Positions 8,712-20,431 of a stretch of 32,000 bases of DNA are shown here, in pieces (within the stretch, counting starts at the first letter, position 1; every line of letters starts with the position of its first letter). Source of the DNA: Methanothermobacter marburgensis str. Marburg (GTDB lineage: Archaea > Methanobacteriota > Methanobacteria > Methanobacteriales > Methanothermobacteraceae); the NCBI RefSeq assembly GCF_000145295.1, contig NC_014408.1, positions 1-32,000 of the forward strand. The letters are read 5' to 3'. The position numbers and the translations under genes were made by a program. The notes beneath the pieces were generated by a model, which saw nothing but the letters and a program-made list of their open reading frames with translations, had not been told where the DNA came from and did no database searches.

Positions 8712-9893
8712 TTACAATTTAAGGAGATTCATCCAGTCATCATAGACCGCATCAAGGCCGCACATACCCGGGACATAGTTGGCTGCCTTTGCAGAGTCAA
8801 CACCAAGGACCTCATAGCCCAGTTCCTCCACAGGAGCCACAACCATGCAAGTGTCGGATACTACCATCCCCCCGGCAGCCTCTATCACATCTGTGTAGCC
8901 CATACGGTCCGCAGCACTTTTTATGGCGGCAGATGTGCATACCCAGAGATCACAGTCAGCGCCCTTCTTACCCACAAAGGATGCTATCCTTCTTATCTCA
9001 TCAAGGGAGCAGTGGGGGCATCCAAGGCAGATTAAATCAGGACTATCAGAGGTGGTGGAAAGTTCCTCACGGGCCTCTGATATGTCACCGGCATCCACCC
9101 TGATCCTTTCATCCACCTCCTCCAGGGAAGCATCCCTGTACTCAGGTGTTATGCCATCAACATGGTAGAGTGCAACAGCACCTGATGACGCCATGGCGGC
9201 TCCAAGGGCCTTCAGATCCTCGGGTGCTGGCAAACCCCTTAGTTTGAAGTAAGGGACACCCTCCCCCGCAATCCTCCCTGCAATGTAACCGAGGGCACCG
9301 TAGTCTGCACCTGAGAGGTCACACTCCACATCAACCAGAAGGGTGGCTTTTCTGTTTTCATCAAGGTGGTAACCGTATTCAGGTGTCCTTCCACATATTG
9401 CAGCTGCAAGGGCCCCCGGCCCGCCCTCCCTGTTTGTTCTGGCACCGAGAACCGAGTTTGCATAGGAGACCGCAGATGACTCTGACCATGCAATATGGGA
9501 CCCCTTGAGGGGCACGTTCCCTATGAGGTAAGGGGTGCAGGTGCAGGTGTTCATAACATCCATTGATGAGTAGGCTTCCACTATTCTGAGCTGTCTCCTG
9601 GCAAATTCCTCTGAAAAACCCATCTCCCTCCATCTCTCCAGGTCCATGCCGGCAGGGTTTAGTGTACTCTGGACCCTGACCCTGGCACCACCCTCACTCA
9701 GGTCCTCCAGGTATTCAAGGCCTGCGTCTCCTATGGTCTTGTAGGACACACCTGAGATCTGGGCAGATGATATTTCAACCATCCTCTCAGCCCCGTAGAT
9801 GTCACCCAGGGCCACCAGTACTTCCATACTCTTCTGGATGGTTTCACCGAATTCGCCGTCATACATCTTCTCTTCGATTCCATCAAGGTACAT
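8712..9893 (-). CDS. Aconitase X catalytic (large) subunit, DUF521 family; probable phosphomevalonate dehydratase large subunit
   Basis: [17 protein letters not shown]... matches the conserved AcnX N-terminus. The protein is full length for the family. I moved the start from 9914 to the ATG at 9893. The functional assignment rests on published archaeal mevalonate-pathway work and is not visible in the sequence. Confidence 0.7.
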   Translation of the reverse strand: MYLDGIEEKMYDGEFGETIQKSMEVLVALGDIYGAERMVEISSAQISGVSYKTIGDAGLEYLEDLSEGGARVRVQSTLNPAGMDLERWREMGFSEEFARRQLRIVEAYSSMDVMNTCTCTPYLIGNVPLKGSHIAWSESSAVSYANSVLGARTNREGGPGALAAAICGRTPEYGYHLDENRKATLLVDVECDLSGADYGALGYIAGRIAGEGVPYFKLRGLPAPEDLKALGAAMASSGAVALYHVDGITPEYRDASLEEVDERIRVDAGDISEAREELSTTSDSPDLICLGCPHCSLDEIRRIASFVGKKGADCDLWVCTSAAIKSAADRMGYTDVIEAAGGMVVSDTCMVVAPVEELGYEVLGVDSAKAANYVPGMCGLDAVYDDWMNLLKL

Positions 9894-9914
9894 AATCAAC
9901 ACCAATGGCAGCAC

Positions 9915-11291
9915 TCACGATTTAATCTGTGCACCTGTTATTTCATCCACCAGCTGGAGGAAACTCTCCATATCCCTGTAGGGTACCATGGCACCGGCCG
10001 CTATATCATGCCCGCCACCTGTACCACCAAAACTGGATGCTGCATCCCTGAGGGCGGCCCCGAGATTAACACCCCTCTCAACAGCCGGTCTCGTGGTCCT
10101 TGCAGATACCTTCACATGCTGGTCCATCCTTGAAAGACCAAGGAGTGGAATATCAGGGTTCAGCAGTTTCAGGGAGAGTGATATGCTTGCTATGGTCCCC
10201 ATTATCCCCTTAAAGACCCTGTCCTCACTGTAAATGTACTGTATATTCTCCATTACAGTGGAGCCCTCTCTCCTGATCCATGCAAGGCCCCTTATGAGCT
10301 CTTCACGGTAGTTTTTCTGGAGTTCAAGGCCCACTTCAAGGGCACCTTCACCCTCACCAAGGCATAGACCTATTCCAATGCCGTATTTACGGTTCTTTCC
10401 ACAGGCATCAAGAATCCCTGCAAAATCAGACAGGTCACCAACGGCTGGCTGAAACTCCCTTGAAGTGAAAACCTCACCGAATATATCGGGGTTTATCCTT
10501 GATAGCTCATCCCTGAGGATGTCCTTCTCCTCTGGTGAGATGTCAGCGTATTTTATCCCATAGGAGACTCCTATACGCTCAAGAAAACCTTTTGAAGCCT
10601 CAATGTCCCCTGTTAATCCGGGGAGAGGGGGATTGAATGTGTATGCAATGGAACGGTAAAGGGGCTCGGTGTATCTTGATGCCAGTTTGAGGTCGCTGTG
10701 AACCTGCAGGACCCCTGCTTCAATCGCCTCATCCATTATGAAACGGTTTGCACCTGTGAAACCATCACTGTACTGCATATCGCCCAGGGCTCCAACCAGG
10801 GCCAGCTGCCCCGTATTTCTGCTGATGTTCCTGGTTGCCAGGTAGGCTGCACCCGAGGCGCTGAGGTCCCTGCTCCCATCAAGGCCATGAAGGTGGGGGT
10901 TCACGTGTACAACGTTGGAATCGGCCTCAAATTCAGAGGGCTGGTGATGGTCGGCAACTATGATATCGGCCTTGAGCCTTGATATCTCCTCAAGGTAGGC
11001 GCTTCCCATGTCACAGAAAAAGAAGAGGGAGTACTTCTCCCTTCCAAGCTTTTTTATGAACTCCTTCCTGAGTCTTGAAAGGATGGAGATGTGGAACTGG
11101 CCGTTTCTTGATGAAATGGCCCGTGCAACAACTCCTGCGGCCGACAGGCCGTCGGCATCGTTGTGGGATATGACCCGTATTATGCTCCCCTTCTCCAGGT
11201 GCTCCTCAAGGAGTTTTGAGGCCTCTGACCCCCTCTTTAAAATTGAGTCGGGGAGTTTACTTAACGAGTAGGGCTGCTTTCTGTGGGTCAT
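9915..11291 (-). CDS. recJ: DHH-family RecJ-like nuclease (archaeal GAN/Cdc45-like)
   Basis: DHH motifs HNDADG and VADHH are present, with DHHA1 motif [10 protein letters not shown]. The ATG at 11291 follows GGATGGAGA, whereas the track start at 11315 is GTG. The chosen start overlaps the rps15 3' end by 35 nt. Confidence 0.85.
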   Translation of the reverse strand: MTHRKQPYSLSKLPDSILKRGSEASKLLEEHLEKGSIIRVISHNDADGLSAAGVVARAISSRNGQFHISILSRLRKEFIKKLGREKYSLFFFCDMGSAYLEEISRLKADIIVADHHQPSEFEADSNVVHVNPHLHGLDGSRDLSASGAAYLATRNISRNTGQLALVGALGDMQYSDGFTGANRFIMDEAIEAGVLQVHSDLKLASRYTEPLYRSIAYTFNPPLPGLTGDIEASKGFLERIGVSYGIKYADISPEEKDILRDELSRINPDIFGEVFTSREFQPAVGDLSDFAGILDACGKNRKYGIGIGLCLGEGEGALEVGLELQKNYREELIRGLAWIRREGSTVMENIQYIYSEDRVFKGIMGTIASISLSLKLLNPDIPLLGLSRMDQHVKVSARTTRPAVERGVNLGAALRDAASSFGGTGGGHDIAAGAMVPYRDMESFLQLVDEITGAQIKS

Positions 11292-11658
11292 ATCTCCATC
11301 CTTCAGGCAGGACACCTTCTCTCACATAGTACTTCACAAGGCGCCTTATCTTTGATTCAACAATCTGCAGACCCCTCCTTGTGTGGAGGTCCTTGGGGTG
11401 CTCCTTGAGGTGGTCCCTTATGTTGACAGCCTTTCTTATGAGGTTCATGAGATCCTCAGGGTATTCAGGATTCATACCATGTTTTTCCAGTATCTGGGTT
11501 ATTTTGAGTCCGGTGACGGCCTTAACGCTTGGTATGCCGTGCTGGTCCCTAAGTATGATTCCTATCCTGCTTGTGGAGTTACCCTCCCTGTATAACTTTA
11601 CTATGAGATCCTCGATTTCCTCGTTTGAGTATTCAACCCATTCAGGTTTTAGAGCCAT
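11257..11658 (-). CDS. rps15: 30S ribosomal protein S15 (uS15)
   Basis: [42 protein letters not shown] is the conserved archaeal S15 core. The ATG overlaps the upstream stop codon (TAATG), and AGGTGAT lies upstream. Confidence 0.9.
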   Translation of the reverse strand: MALKPEWVEYSNEEIEDLIVKLYREGNSTSRIGIILRDQHGIPSVKAVTGLKITQILEKHGMNPEYPEDLMNLIRKAVNIRDHLKEHPKDLHTRRGLQIVESKIRRLVKYYVREGVLPEGWRYDPQKAALLVK

Positions 11659-12221
11659 TAAATCACCTCATAATTTTCAGTATACCACTGTGCAAATTTC
11701 TTAAGGGCCCTGCTCCTGTGTGAAAACCTGTTCTTTTCGATGGTACTGAGTTCTCCAAAGCTCCTATCCATACCTTCAGGATAAAACAGGGGGTCAAATG
11801 CGAATCCCCTGGTTCCACGTTCCTCAGTACCTATACGTCCTTTCACTACGCCTAGAAAAACCTCGGGTTCGGATTTGGGGGCGCAGAACCCAACAGCCGA
11901 CCTGAACTCAGCGTAGCGGTCTTCAACATTTTCCATGAGCTTTAAGATACCTCTGTTTCCAATGGTATCCTGTACATAGGCAGAATAGGGTCCTGGAAAC
12001 CATTTAAGGGCCCTTATAAATAGTCCTGCATCCTCTACAATAACAGGACCGTCCATGATCCTGGCTGCATGCTCTGCACCGTACCGGGCCACCTCTTCAA
12101 GGGTTCCCTGAAGTTCAGGGTAGCCCAGATCAGCATGCTCAAGTTCTATTCCAGTATCATGGAAGATCTTTTCTGCCTCAGATAATTTGTGTTTATTGCC
12201 TGTTATAAATGTTACCTTCAA
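11658..12221 (-). CDS. Non-canonical purine NTP pyrophosphatase (HAM1/RdgB, dITP/XTPase)
   Basis: Carries the FITGNKHK and FAFDPLF motifs at a family-typical length. TTG start lies 5 nt after AGGTGAT. Confidence 0.9.
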   Translation of the reverse strand: MKVTFITGNKHKLSEAEKIFHDTGIELEHADLGYPELQGTLEEVARYGAEHAARIMDGPVIVEDAGLFIRALKWFPGPYSAYVQDTIGNRGILKLMENVEDRYAEFRSAVGFCAPKSEPEVFLGVVKGRIGTEERGTRGFAFDPLFYPEGMDRSFGELSTIEKNRFSHRSRALKKFAQWYTENYEVI

Positions 12222-12259
12222 TGGGAATCACCTTCAGGTTTTCTCTTATTTTCTAAGAC

Positions 12260-13936
<1,677 letters not shown>

Positions 13937-13971
13937 TCACGGTTATAACTATTGTATCGGTGAAAAGGTGA

Positions 13972-15048
13972 ATGGAAATGTTTGATGGACTTAGGATTTA
14001 TGGATCAGGTGATTACCTGGAGGGGGTTCTTGACAGGGAATCTCTCTTCATATGTGCAGTTGCAACAACCGAGACATCAAGGATTCCGGGGATAACAGGG
14101 GCCGGGGCCGGACCAGACCTGACTGAGTACACCCCTGCGGCTGATGTTGAACTAATAGTACATGACGCCCCAAGGTGTCTTCCTGAGATACCCCAGACAA
14201 TTGTGGAGGGTGAATCTGCACCCACACCTGCGGTTATAACAAAGGCCTCCCTTGAACTGGCTGAGGTACCCTTCATGGTTGCGGATGCAGGGGCATCGGT
14301 GAAACCCGACGTGCCCTATATAAACATCAACTCAGGGCATGGGGGGGATATAAGAACAGGAAGAGCCGTGGATAATCCTGAGAGAATATATGAGAGGGGG
14401 TTCATGGTTGGCAGTACGCTCTCGAAACTTACAGAACACCTTGTGGTTGGCGAAAGCACACCGGCCGGTACAACAACCGCCCTGGGGGTCCTGACGGCCC
14501 TTGGGTATGATGCTGATTTCAGGGTCAGCGCAAGTCTCCCTGAAAATCCCCATAATCTCAAGAGGGATGTTGTAATGGAGGGCCTAAGGAACGCAGGCCT
14601 TAAAAAGGGTGATTGCCGTGAAGATCCATTCAGGGCTGTTGCTGCAGTCGGTGACCCCATGATACCCGCCGTTGCAGGTATGTGCATGGGAAGCAGTGTC
14701 CCTGTAACACTGGCAGGGGGGACCCAGATGACCGCGGCATGCGCCCTCATGAAGGCAATTGATCCTGAATTCGACTTTTCAGACACAGCAATTGCAACAA
14801 CCATATTCGTTGCAGAGGATGAAACCTCAGATATAAACAGGATCGCTGAACAGATAGGTGAAATCGATATCTACGCAGTTGACCCCGGCTTTGAGAGGGC
14901 ATCCCACAGAGGTCTTCACGAGTACCTCAATGGTTCGGTCAAGGAGGGCGTGGGTGCTGGGGGTGCAATGCTCCTGGCACTTCTTCATGGAATATCTGTT
15001 GAGAGCATAAGGAACAGGGTTGAGAAGCTCTGCAACACAATACTCTGA
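13972..15048 (+). CDS. cobT: Archaeal CobT-like protein (UPF0284; putative nicotinate-nucleotide-dimethylbenzimidazole phosphoribosyltransferase)
   Basis: 358 aa. The TETSRIPGITGAG and GESTPAGTTTA segments match the archaeal CobT-like family as I remember it. The second ATG at 13978 has better spacing to GGTGA. Confidence 0.55.
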   Translation: MEMFDGLRIYGSGDYLEGVLDRESLFICAVATTETSRIPGITGAGAGPDLTEYTPAADVELIVHDAPRCLPEIPQTIVEGESAPTPAVITKASLELAEVPFMVADAGASVKPDVPYININSGHGGDIRTGRAVDNPERIYERGFMVGSTLSKLTEHLVVGESTPAGTTTALGVLTALGYDADFRVSASLPENPHNLKRDVVMEGLRNAGLKKGDCREDPFRAVAAVGDPMIPAVAGMCMGSSVPVTLAGGTQMTAACALMKAIDPEFDFSDTAIATTIFVAEDETSDINRIAEQIGEIDIYAVDPGFERASHRGLHEYLNGSVKEGVGAGGAMLLALLHGISVESIRNRVEKLCNTIL

Positions 15049-15072
15049 TTATGGGGTGATATTCTGCTGGCC

Positions 15073-15711
15073 ATGAGCAGGGAGGGTCTGGATGGGATGA
15101 TACCGGGCCCTGCAATCCTCATGGTAGCAGTGCTCCTTTATATTTCAGGTTTTTTTCTGGACGCTTCTGGCATGCCACCGCCATATGGGTTTCTCAACGG
15201 GAATATGGTGGTTCATTTTTCCTCTTTTCCTGGCTTCAGGGAGCAGTTCATTGACTATCTGGGCGCAACGGCTTTCTGGATATTCGTATCAAATATCACC
15301 CAGGTACTGGTTTTCATATTCACACTTGCAACCACCATTCAGGTTTTGAAGGTAATTGTTCTATCAGGGGCGCTCCTCCACAATCTCGTATCTACGTGGG
15401 GATTCAGGGGGTTTCTGATCTATGCAGGTACGGTGCACCTCCACCTTGAGGTTATGGGATGTATATTCTCACTGCAGGCCGCAAGGGTTTTTATTGCTTC
15501 GATACTGGAGTCCATATCAAGAGGATCCGCAGAACCACTGATAGGCGCCATAAAAGAAAGGCTCCTGTTCCTGATAGTACTGATCGCTATCATATTCGCA
15601 ATGGCGGCCATTATTGAGGTTTTCTGGAGCACCTGGTGGGTCTATATATTCACAGAGAGACAGGTTTCATGGACCTATTTCCACAGCCATGTTGCCTCTG
15701 TGGAGCTGTGA
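15073..15711 (+). CDS. Polytopic membrane protein, possibly SpoIIM/DUF95-like
   Basis: 212 aa with 5-6 hydrophobic helices. The segment HLHLEVMGCIFSLQAA resembles the conserved SpoIIM-type helix. The family call is tentative. Confidence 0.5.
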   Translation: MSREGLDGMIPGPAILMVAVLLYISGFFLDASGMPPPYGFLNGNMVVHFSSFPGFREQFIDYLGATAFWIFVSNITQVLVFIFTLATTIQVLKVIVLSGALLHNLVSTWGFRGFLIYAGTVHLHLEVMGCIFSLQAARVFIASILESISRGSAEPLIGAIKERLLFLIVLIAIIFAMAAIIEVFWSTWWVYIFTERQVSWTYFHSHVASVEL

Positions 15712-15773
15712 CTTTAATTAGATCTGAAACCCTGGATCAGGAGAAAGCCGTGACTTTAATGTATATGTGAAAC
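15708..15773 (+). repeat. Imperfect direct repeat GTGACTTTAAT-n6/7-TGAAAC (two copies)
   Basis: Copy 1 is at 15708-15730 and contains the stop codon of the preceding gene. Copy 2 is at 15750-15773. The two starts are 42 bp apart. Confidence 0.5.
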
Positions 15774-15827
15774 TGGTTGGGCGTCTGTGATTTTTCGGGA
15801 AAAAACGAGGATAGGATGTCCTATAAC

Positions 15828-16658
15828 TCAGAGAATTGACACCCCGAGGATCAGGAGACCCAATGCGAAGCAGTAGTAGGCGAAAACATAGAGATCCCTT
15901 TCCCTTATGAGCTTCAACAGGAACTTTATTGCAATGTAACCCGATACAGCGGATGCCACGAAACCTGCAATCATACTGGCACCCAGTAGGTCCATACCTG
16001 CGCTGATATCCTTCACCTGGATGATTGCAGCCCCCAGTATGGCGGGTATTGATAGAAGGAAGCTGTACCTTGCTGCAAGCTCCCTTTCAAATCCAAGGAA
16101 GAGACCTGCAGATATGGTTGCACCGGAACGGGATATGCCCGGGGCTATTGCCAGTGCCTGTGCACCCCCTATTATGAGGGAATCCCTGACACCCAGTTTT
16201 TCAACAGGAAGTTTTTCCCTTATCTTTGCACTGATCCTCTCTGAACTCCACAGGAGAAGACCCGTTACTATAAGGAAAAATCCAACGGCTGTTATGCTGC
16301 TGAACAGGGATTCGAAGAAGTCCTTGAATAGCACACCGGCAAGCCCGGCGGGGATGGTACCTATGAGGACCATCCAGGCCAGCCTCTTATATGGATCCTC
16401 ATCTATCCCATTCCTGAAATTGCCTCCGGGAATATCTGTAAGACTTGAGATGAATGACCTTATCATGTGGACTATATCACTCCAGAAGTAGGTGACAACA
16501 GCCACCAGGGTTCCCACATGGAGCAGGGTGTCAAATGCAAGGCTGGATTTAACACCCATTATTTCAGGTACGAGCACAAGGTGACCTGAGCTGCTTATTG
16601 GGAGGAACTCTGTGAGCCCCTGAACAATTCCGATTATTATTGCCTGAAGAACATCCAT
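15828..16658 (-). CDS. uppP: Undecaprenyl-diphosphatase (UppP/BacA)
   Basis: Carries the GIVQGLTEFLPISSSGHL signature and a polytopic membrane profile. I prefer the ATG at 16658 over the track's GTG at 16667. Confidence 0.92.
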   Translation of the reverse strand: MDVLQAIIIGIVQGLTEFLPISSSGHLVLVPEIMGVKSSLAFDTLLHVGTLVAVVTYFWSDIVHMIRSFISSLTDIPGGNFRNGIDEDPYKRLAWMVLIGTIPAGLAGVLFKDFFESLFSSITAVGFFLIVTGLLLWSSERISAKIREKLPVEKLGVRDSLIIGGAQALAIAPGISRSGATISAGLFLGFERELAARYSFLLSIPAILGAAIIQVKDISAGMDLLGASMIAGFVASAVSGYIAIKFLLKLIRERDLYVFAYYCFALGLLILGVSIL

Positions 16659-16718
16659 GGAAATCACTTATAACTTTTAACTTATAACTTCCAAGTTTTC
16701 ACTTATAATGCTGAAATA

Positions 16719-17639
16719 CTAGAGGTAGGTTAACCAGCCGAAGCTGTCCTCTGATTCGGCCCTGATTATCCTGAAGAACTCATTCTGCAGCATCTCTGTC
16801 ACAGGCCCCCGTCGACCTGAACCTATCTCTATACCATCAACGGACCTCACAGGGGTTATCTCTGCGGCTGTACCTGTGAAGAAGATTTCATCTGCAAGGT
16901 AAAGCATCTCCCTTGTAATAGGTTCTTCACGGACAGGGACACCCTCAGCCCTGGCTATCTTCATCACAGAATCCCTTGTTATCCCCTTAAGGAGGGATGA
17001 GGATACAGGTGGGGTCTGAAGTTCACCGTCAGTTACGATGAATATGTTCTCGCCACTGCCCTCACTGACATAGCCATGGTAGTCCAGCATTATTGCCTCG
17101 TCATAGCCATGTCTAACAGCCTCCATCTTGGCCAGCTGGGAGTTCAGATAGTTTCCACCGGCCTTTGCAAGGTTTGGCATGGTGTTTGGGGCCATCCTCC
17201 GCCAGGTTGAAACACCCACATCAACACCCACCTCAAGGGCCTCTGCCCCCAGGTAGGCCCCCCACTCCCAGGCAGCTATGGCAACCTCAACAGGGCAGTT
17301 AACCGGGTTAACGCCCATCTCTCCGTACCCTCTGTAGACAACTGGCCTTATGTAGCACTCATCGAGTCCGTTCTCCCGGACGGTCTCAGTTATTGCATCG
17401 CATATCTGCTCCTCTGTGTAGGGGATCTCCATCCTGTATATCTTTGCAGAATCAAAGAGCCTCCTTACATGCTCCCGCAAACGGAAAATGGCGGATCCTT
17501 TCCTGTTCCTGTAACACCTTATTCCCTCAAATACTGAGGATCCATAGTGCACGACATGTGAAAGTACATGTATAGTGGCGTCTTCCCAATCAACCATTTC
17601 ACCGTTGAACCATATCTTTCCACTGGCTTCGCATGACAT
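16719..17639 (-). CDS. ilvE: Branched-chain amino acid aminotransferase
   Basis: Class IV aminotransferase pattern ([21 protein letters not shown]) at typical length. Confidence 0.93.
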   Translation of the reverse strand: MSCEASGKIWFNGEMVDWEDATIHVLSHVVHYGSSVFEGIRCYRNRKGSAIFRLREHVRRLFDSAKIYRMEIPYTEEQICDAITETVRENGLDECYIRPVVYRGYGEMGVNPVNCPVEVAIAAWEWGAYLGAEALEVGVDVGVSTWRRMAPNTMPNLAKAGGNYLNSQLAKMEAVRHGYDEAIMLDYHGYVSEGSGENIFIVTDGELQTPPVSSSLLKGITRDSVMKIARAEGVPVREEPITREMLYLADEIFFTGTAAEITPVRSVDGIEIGSGRRGPVTEMLQNEFFRIIRAESEDSFGWLTYL

Positions 17640-17706
17640 GAGAATAACCTCAGAATGATATTCACTACCTTAGTTATACTCCAAGGTTTATATATTACCC
17701 CCATAA

Positions 17707-17723
17707 CCGGAAAACTTTATATA
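17707..17723 (+). promoter_or_regulatory. Archaeal BRE/TATA promoter for the tRNA-Val pair
   Basis: Purine-rich CGGAAAAC is followed by TTTATATA (17716-17723). The TATA box ends 26 bp before the first tRNA nucleotide. Confidence 0.55.
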
Positions 17724-17747
17724 GGGTAAGAATTTAAAGTCACACTG

Positions 17748-17820
<73 letters not shown>

Positions 17821-17843
17821 TCTGATTATTGAAGGATCCTGGG

Positions 17844-17915
<72 letters not shown>

Positions 17916-18089
17916 CTGGATTTATTTCATGAATGCAGCAGCTAATTTTCCATGAGTTTCAATGTTTTATCATATTAAAACCCACACCTGAAATTTTTTT
18001 CAGAACATTTATCACCGGTGAAAAACATAAAACAAATAGAGTGTCGAATTTCTTTTCTTTGTCGATGCTGAACTGAGGGGGGGGTGAGA

Positions 18090-18716
18090 ATGCACAGATT
18101 TTTTGTCCTTGCTCTGCTATTCATGGCACTGGGGACTGTGAGTGCCCAGGAAACAGAGGACAATGTACAGATCGCATCGGATCTTGCAGTGGATGCAGAA
18201 TACCTTGATCTTGATGAAAATATTATAAACAGCGCCTCTGTTGGAGATGAGGTCTTTGAGGGAGTGGCAGTCACAAACAATTTACCATCAACTGCAACCG
18301 GAGTGAAGGTCACCATCACAAGGAGCAGCAATTATCCCTTTGAATACCTTGAACATGAGGTATCCTGGGACAATGGGGGCACATGGATCTACAATGATCC
18401 ATCATACAATCCTTCAACCAGTGAGTGGACTATAGGGAACCTGCCAGCTGGCGCAGTCTATAAACTCGTTGTACACCAGAGGGCCGTGGCAACTGGAACA
18501 GCGCAGTTCACTGCAACCATATCGGGTAATCTACCTGATATAAATGTCAGCAATAACCAGGATACGGCAACCATCGACGTTACGGAATCATCTGAAAGGC
18601 CTGAACAGGTAACAGGAGCAAAAATGGTTCCCATGCAGGAGACAGGTGCATCCGCAGGATTACTCGTGGCAGGGATATTCATCCTTGGCGCGGGGCTGGT
18701 TATCTCAAGAAGATAA
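18090..18716 (+). CDS. Secreted cell-surface protein, DUF11-like repeat domain with C-terminal LPXTG-like sorting signal
   Basis: The ATG at 18090 follows GGGGGGTGA. Signal peptide is MHRFFVLALLFMALGTVSA|QE. The core fits a DUF11-type pattern (VGD..., TATGVKVT, WTIGNLPAG, DINVSNN). The tail is VPMQETG, then 19 hydrophobic residues, then SRR. Confidence 0.75.
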   Translation: MHRFFVLALLFMALGTVSAQETEDNVQIASDLAVDAEYLDLDENIINSASVGDEVFEGVAVTNNLPSTATGVKVTITRSSNYPFEYLEHEVSWDNGGTWIYNDPSYNPSTSEWTIGNLPAGAVYKLVVHQRAVATGTAQFTATISGNLPDINVSNNQDTATIDVTESSERPEQVTGAKMVPMQETGASAGLLVAGIFILGAGLVISRR

Positions 18717-18719
18717 CCA

Positions 18720-18730
18720 TTTATTTTTTT
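18720..18730 (+). terminator. Oligo-T archaeal intrinsic terminator
   Basis: TTTATTTTTTT begins 4 nt after the TAA stop codon. Confidence 0.45.
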
Positions 18731-18790
18731 GGATCAGTCAGCTAATCTTATTATTCAGTTTTAAGTTGCAGAGGTCGCTTATTCAGATTA

Positions 18791-19567
18791 CTAGATCAGT
18801 ATCAGTATGACAAGGAGGAGGAGAGAACTGAAGAACACTATTGTCCCCTTTATCATTATAACAGCGCCATCATCCTCAACAAGGTAGGGTATACCATAGG
18901 AGAGGGCGGCGGCAATCATTATCTTCACGATACCCGTGATGCTTGTCCCCAGGCCCGCGGCAATCTGCAGTATGGTTGCAATCAGGAAGGAAACCGCCAC
19001 AACGGTTATTATGAGTATGATGGTGTTCTGCAGAAGACCCCTTATGATGGGGGTAATGGGCTGGCGTCTTTCCCTCCTTGATAGAAGTCCCCGCTGGGAC
19101 CCTGTGTGCCCTGTGTGAAATATGGTTGAGGGGGGACCGTATACCTCAACCTCCTCCTCGTAGTATTCATCCTCTTCCTCTTCTTCTTCAGGGACCTGAA
19201 TTTTCTTTGAAAACTCCTCAGCAATTTTTATGAGGCCATTTCTGTCTATCAACTTCATGTTTCTCTTGATGGCATAGTTTCTGGCCTGGGATGAGAAATC
19301 AGATGTTGTAACAATCACGACTTTGGAGGCCTTCAGGGTCTTTGCAGCCATTTCCATTTCCTTTAAAACGTCCATACCAACCTTCCAGTTTTCATCATAG
19401 TTCTTACAGGCCACCACAACCCCTATATCCCCGAGGGTGGTGGGGAGAATACCATATATGTCCACTATGTGCTGGGAGGTTCTGAAATCCTTGTAAACCT
19501 TGAAACCAGAATCCTCCATGACTTTGGCGATGAAATCCACGAGTTTCTGCTTCTTCAATTCCTCCAC
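18791..19567 (-). CDS. Membrane-anchored protein with N-terminal Mrr-type (PD-(D/E)xK restriction-endonuclease-like) domain
   Basis: The first ~120 residues (KLVDFIAKVMEDSGF...HIVDIYG...GVVVACKNY...VVIVTTSDFSSQARNYA) follow the Mrr_cat fold pattern. An acidic linker EEEEEEDEYYEEEVE follows, then a basic segment and about 3 TM helices. The start is GTG at 19567 or TTG at 19558. Confidence 0.65.
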   Translation of the reverse strand: MEELKKQKLVDFIAKVMEDSGFKVYKDFRTSQHIVDIYGILPTTLGDIGVVVACKNYDENWKVGMDVLKEMEMAAKTLKASKVVIVTTSDFSSQARNYAIKRNMKLIDRNGLIKIAEEFSKKIQVPEEEEEEDEYYEEEVEVYGPPSTIFHTGHTGSQRGLLSRRERRQPITPIIRGLLQNTIILIITVVAVSFLIATILQIAAGLGTSITGIVKIMIAAALSYGIPYLVEDDGAVIMIKGTIVFFSSLLLLVILILI

Positions 19568-19654
19568 CCTCCGGGGTTAGACTTAATAGAGCTATGTTAT
19601 AAGATATACTTAAAATTTGATATAAATGCTATTAAAGGATAGAGATGGTTACCG

Positions 19655-20431
19655 ATGAAGATTCTCATAACAAATGATGACGGAGTGAACTCATCCGGGA
19701 TTCTGGCGGCCAGGAAGGCTGTTGAAAACCTTGGAGAGACCATTATAGTGGCTCCAGCCACCCAGCAGAGTGGCATAGGCCATGCCCTCACCCTCTTTGA
19801 ACCCATAAGGGTTAGCGAGGTCACACTCAGGGACGGTTCAGAGGCCTACGCGGTTTCAGGGACACCAACAGACGCCGTGATAATAGGGATATTCGAACTG
19901 ATGGATGAAAAACCTGACCTTGTAATATCCGGCATAAATATGGGGGAAAACCTCGGAAAATCTGAACTTACAACATCAGGGACAATAGGTGCCGCAATGG
20001 AGGCTGCGGTTCATGGTGTACCCTCCCTTGCAGTTTCACTCCAGGTGAGGAGGGGGGACATCAAGTTTCATGATGGCCATGTGGATGTGGACTTTTCACT
20101 GGCATCTGAGCTGACGGAAAGGGTTGCATCCAGGATACTCAGGAAGGGCTTACCTGATGGTGTTGATTTTCTCAATCTTAACATCCCATCACACCCCTCA
20201 GGAAATGATATACGTATCACAAGACTCGGGGACAGGATGTACAATGTCCACATCAAGAAGAGGCTGGATCCAAGGGGGAGGCCCTACTACTGGATTGATG
20301 GTGACCCTGCAGGGAGGGACGCCCCTGGAACAGATGTCCATACCCTGAAGGCTGAAAACACTGCAACCCTCACACCGGTATCCCTTGACTGCACCGCGCC
20401 CCTTGACTCAATGAGGGAATGGCTTGATTAG
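19655..20431 (+). CDS. surE: 5'/3'-nucleotidase SurE
   Basis: Carries the MKILITNDDG signature with full-length SurE resemblance. Confidence 0.93.
   Translation: MKILITNDDGVNSSGILAARKAVENLGETIIVAPATQQSGIGHALTLFEPIRVSEVTLRDGSEAYAVSGTPTDAVIIGIFELMDEKPDLVISGINMGENLGKSELTTSGTIGAAMEAAVHGVPSLAVSLQVRRGDIKFHDGHVDVDFSLASELTERVASRILRKGLPDGVDFLNLNIPSHPSGNDIRITRLGDRMYNVHIKKRLDPRGRPYYWIDGDPAGRDAPGTDVHTLKAENTATLTPVSLDCTAPLDSMREWLD

Noticed and set aside
14316-14804. 162-aa minus-strand ORF inside the cobT-like gene. Similar long antisense ORFs occur at 22919-23829, 24830-25285, 28310-28777, 30529-31002, 16021-16491 and 12396-12945.
   Set aside because: All lie opposite strongly supported genes. Their translations are Ser/Pro/Arg/Ala-rich low-complexity strings typical of the reverse frame of about 50% GC coding DNA. 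None has a start context or domain signature.
17988-18003. Short palindrome CTGAAA-TTTT-TTTCAG between the tRNA pair and the surface-protein gene.
   Set aside because: It is a 6-bp A/T-rich stem inside a T-run. It is most simply part of the tRNA operon's oligo-T terminator and is not distinctive enough to call separately.
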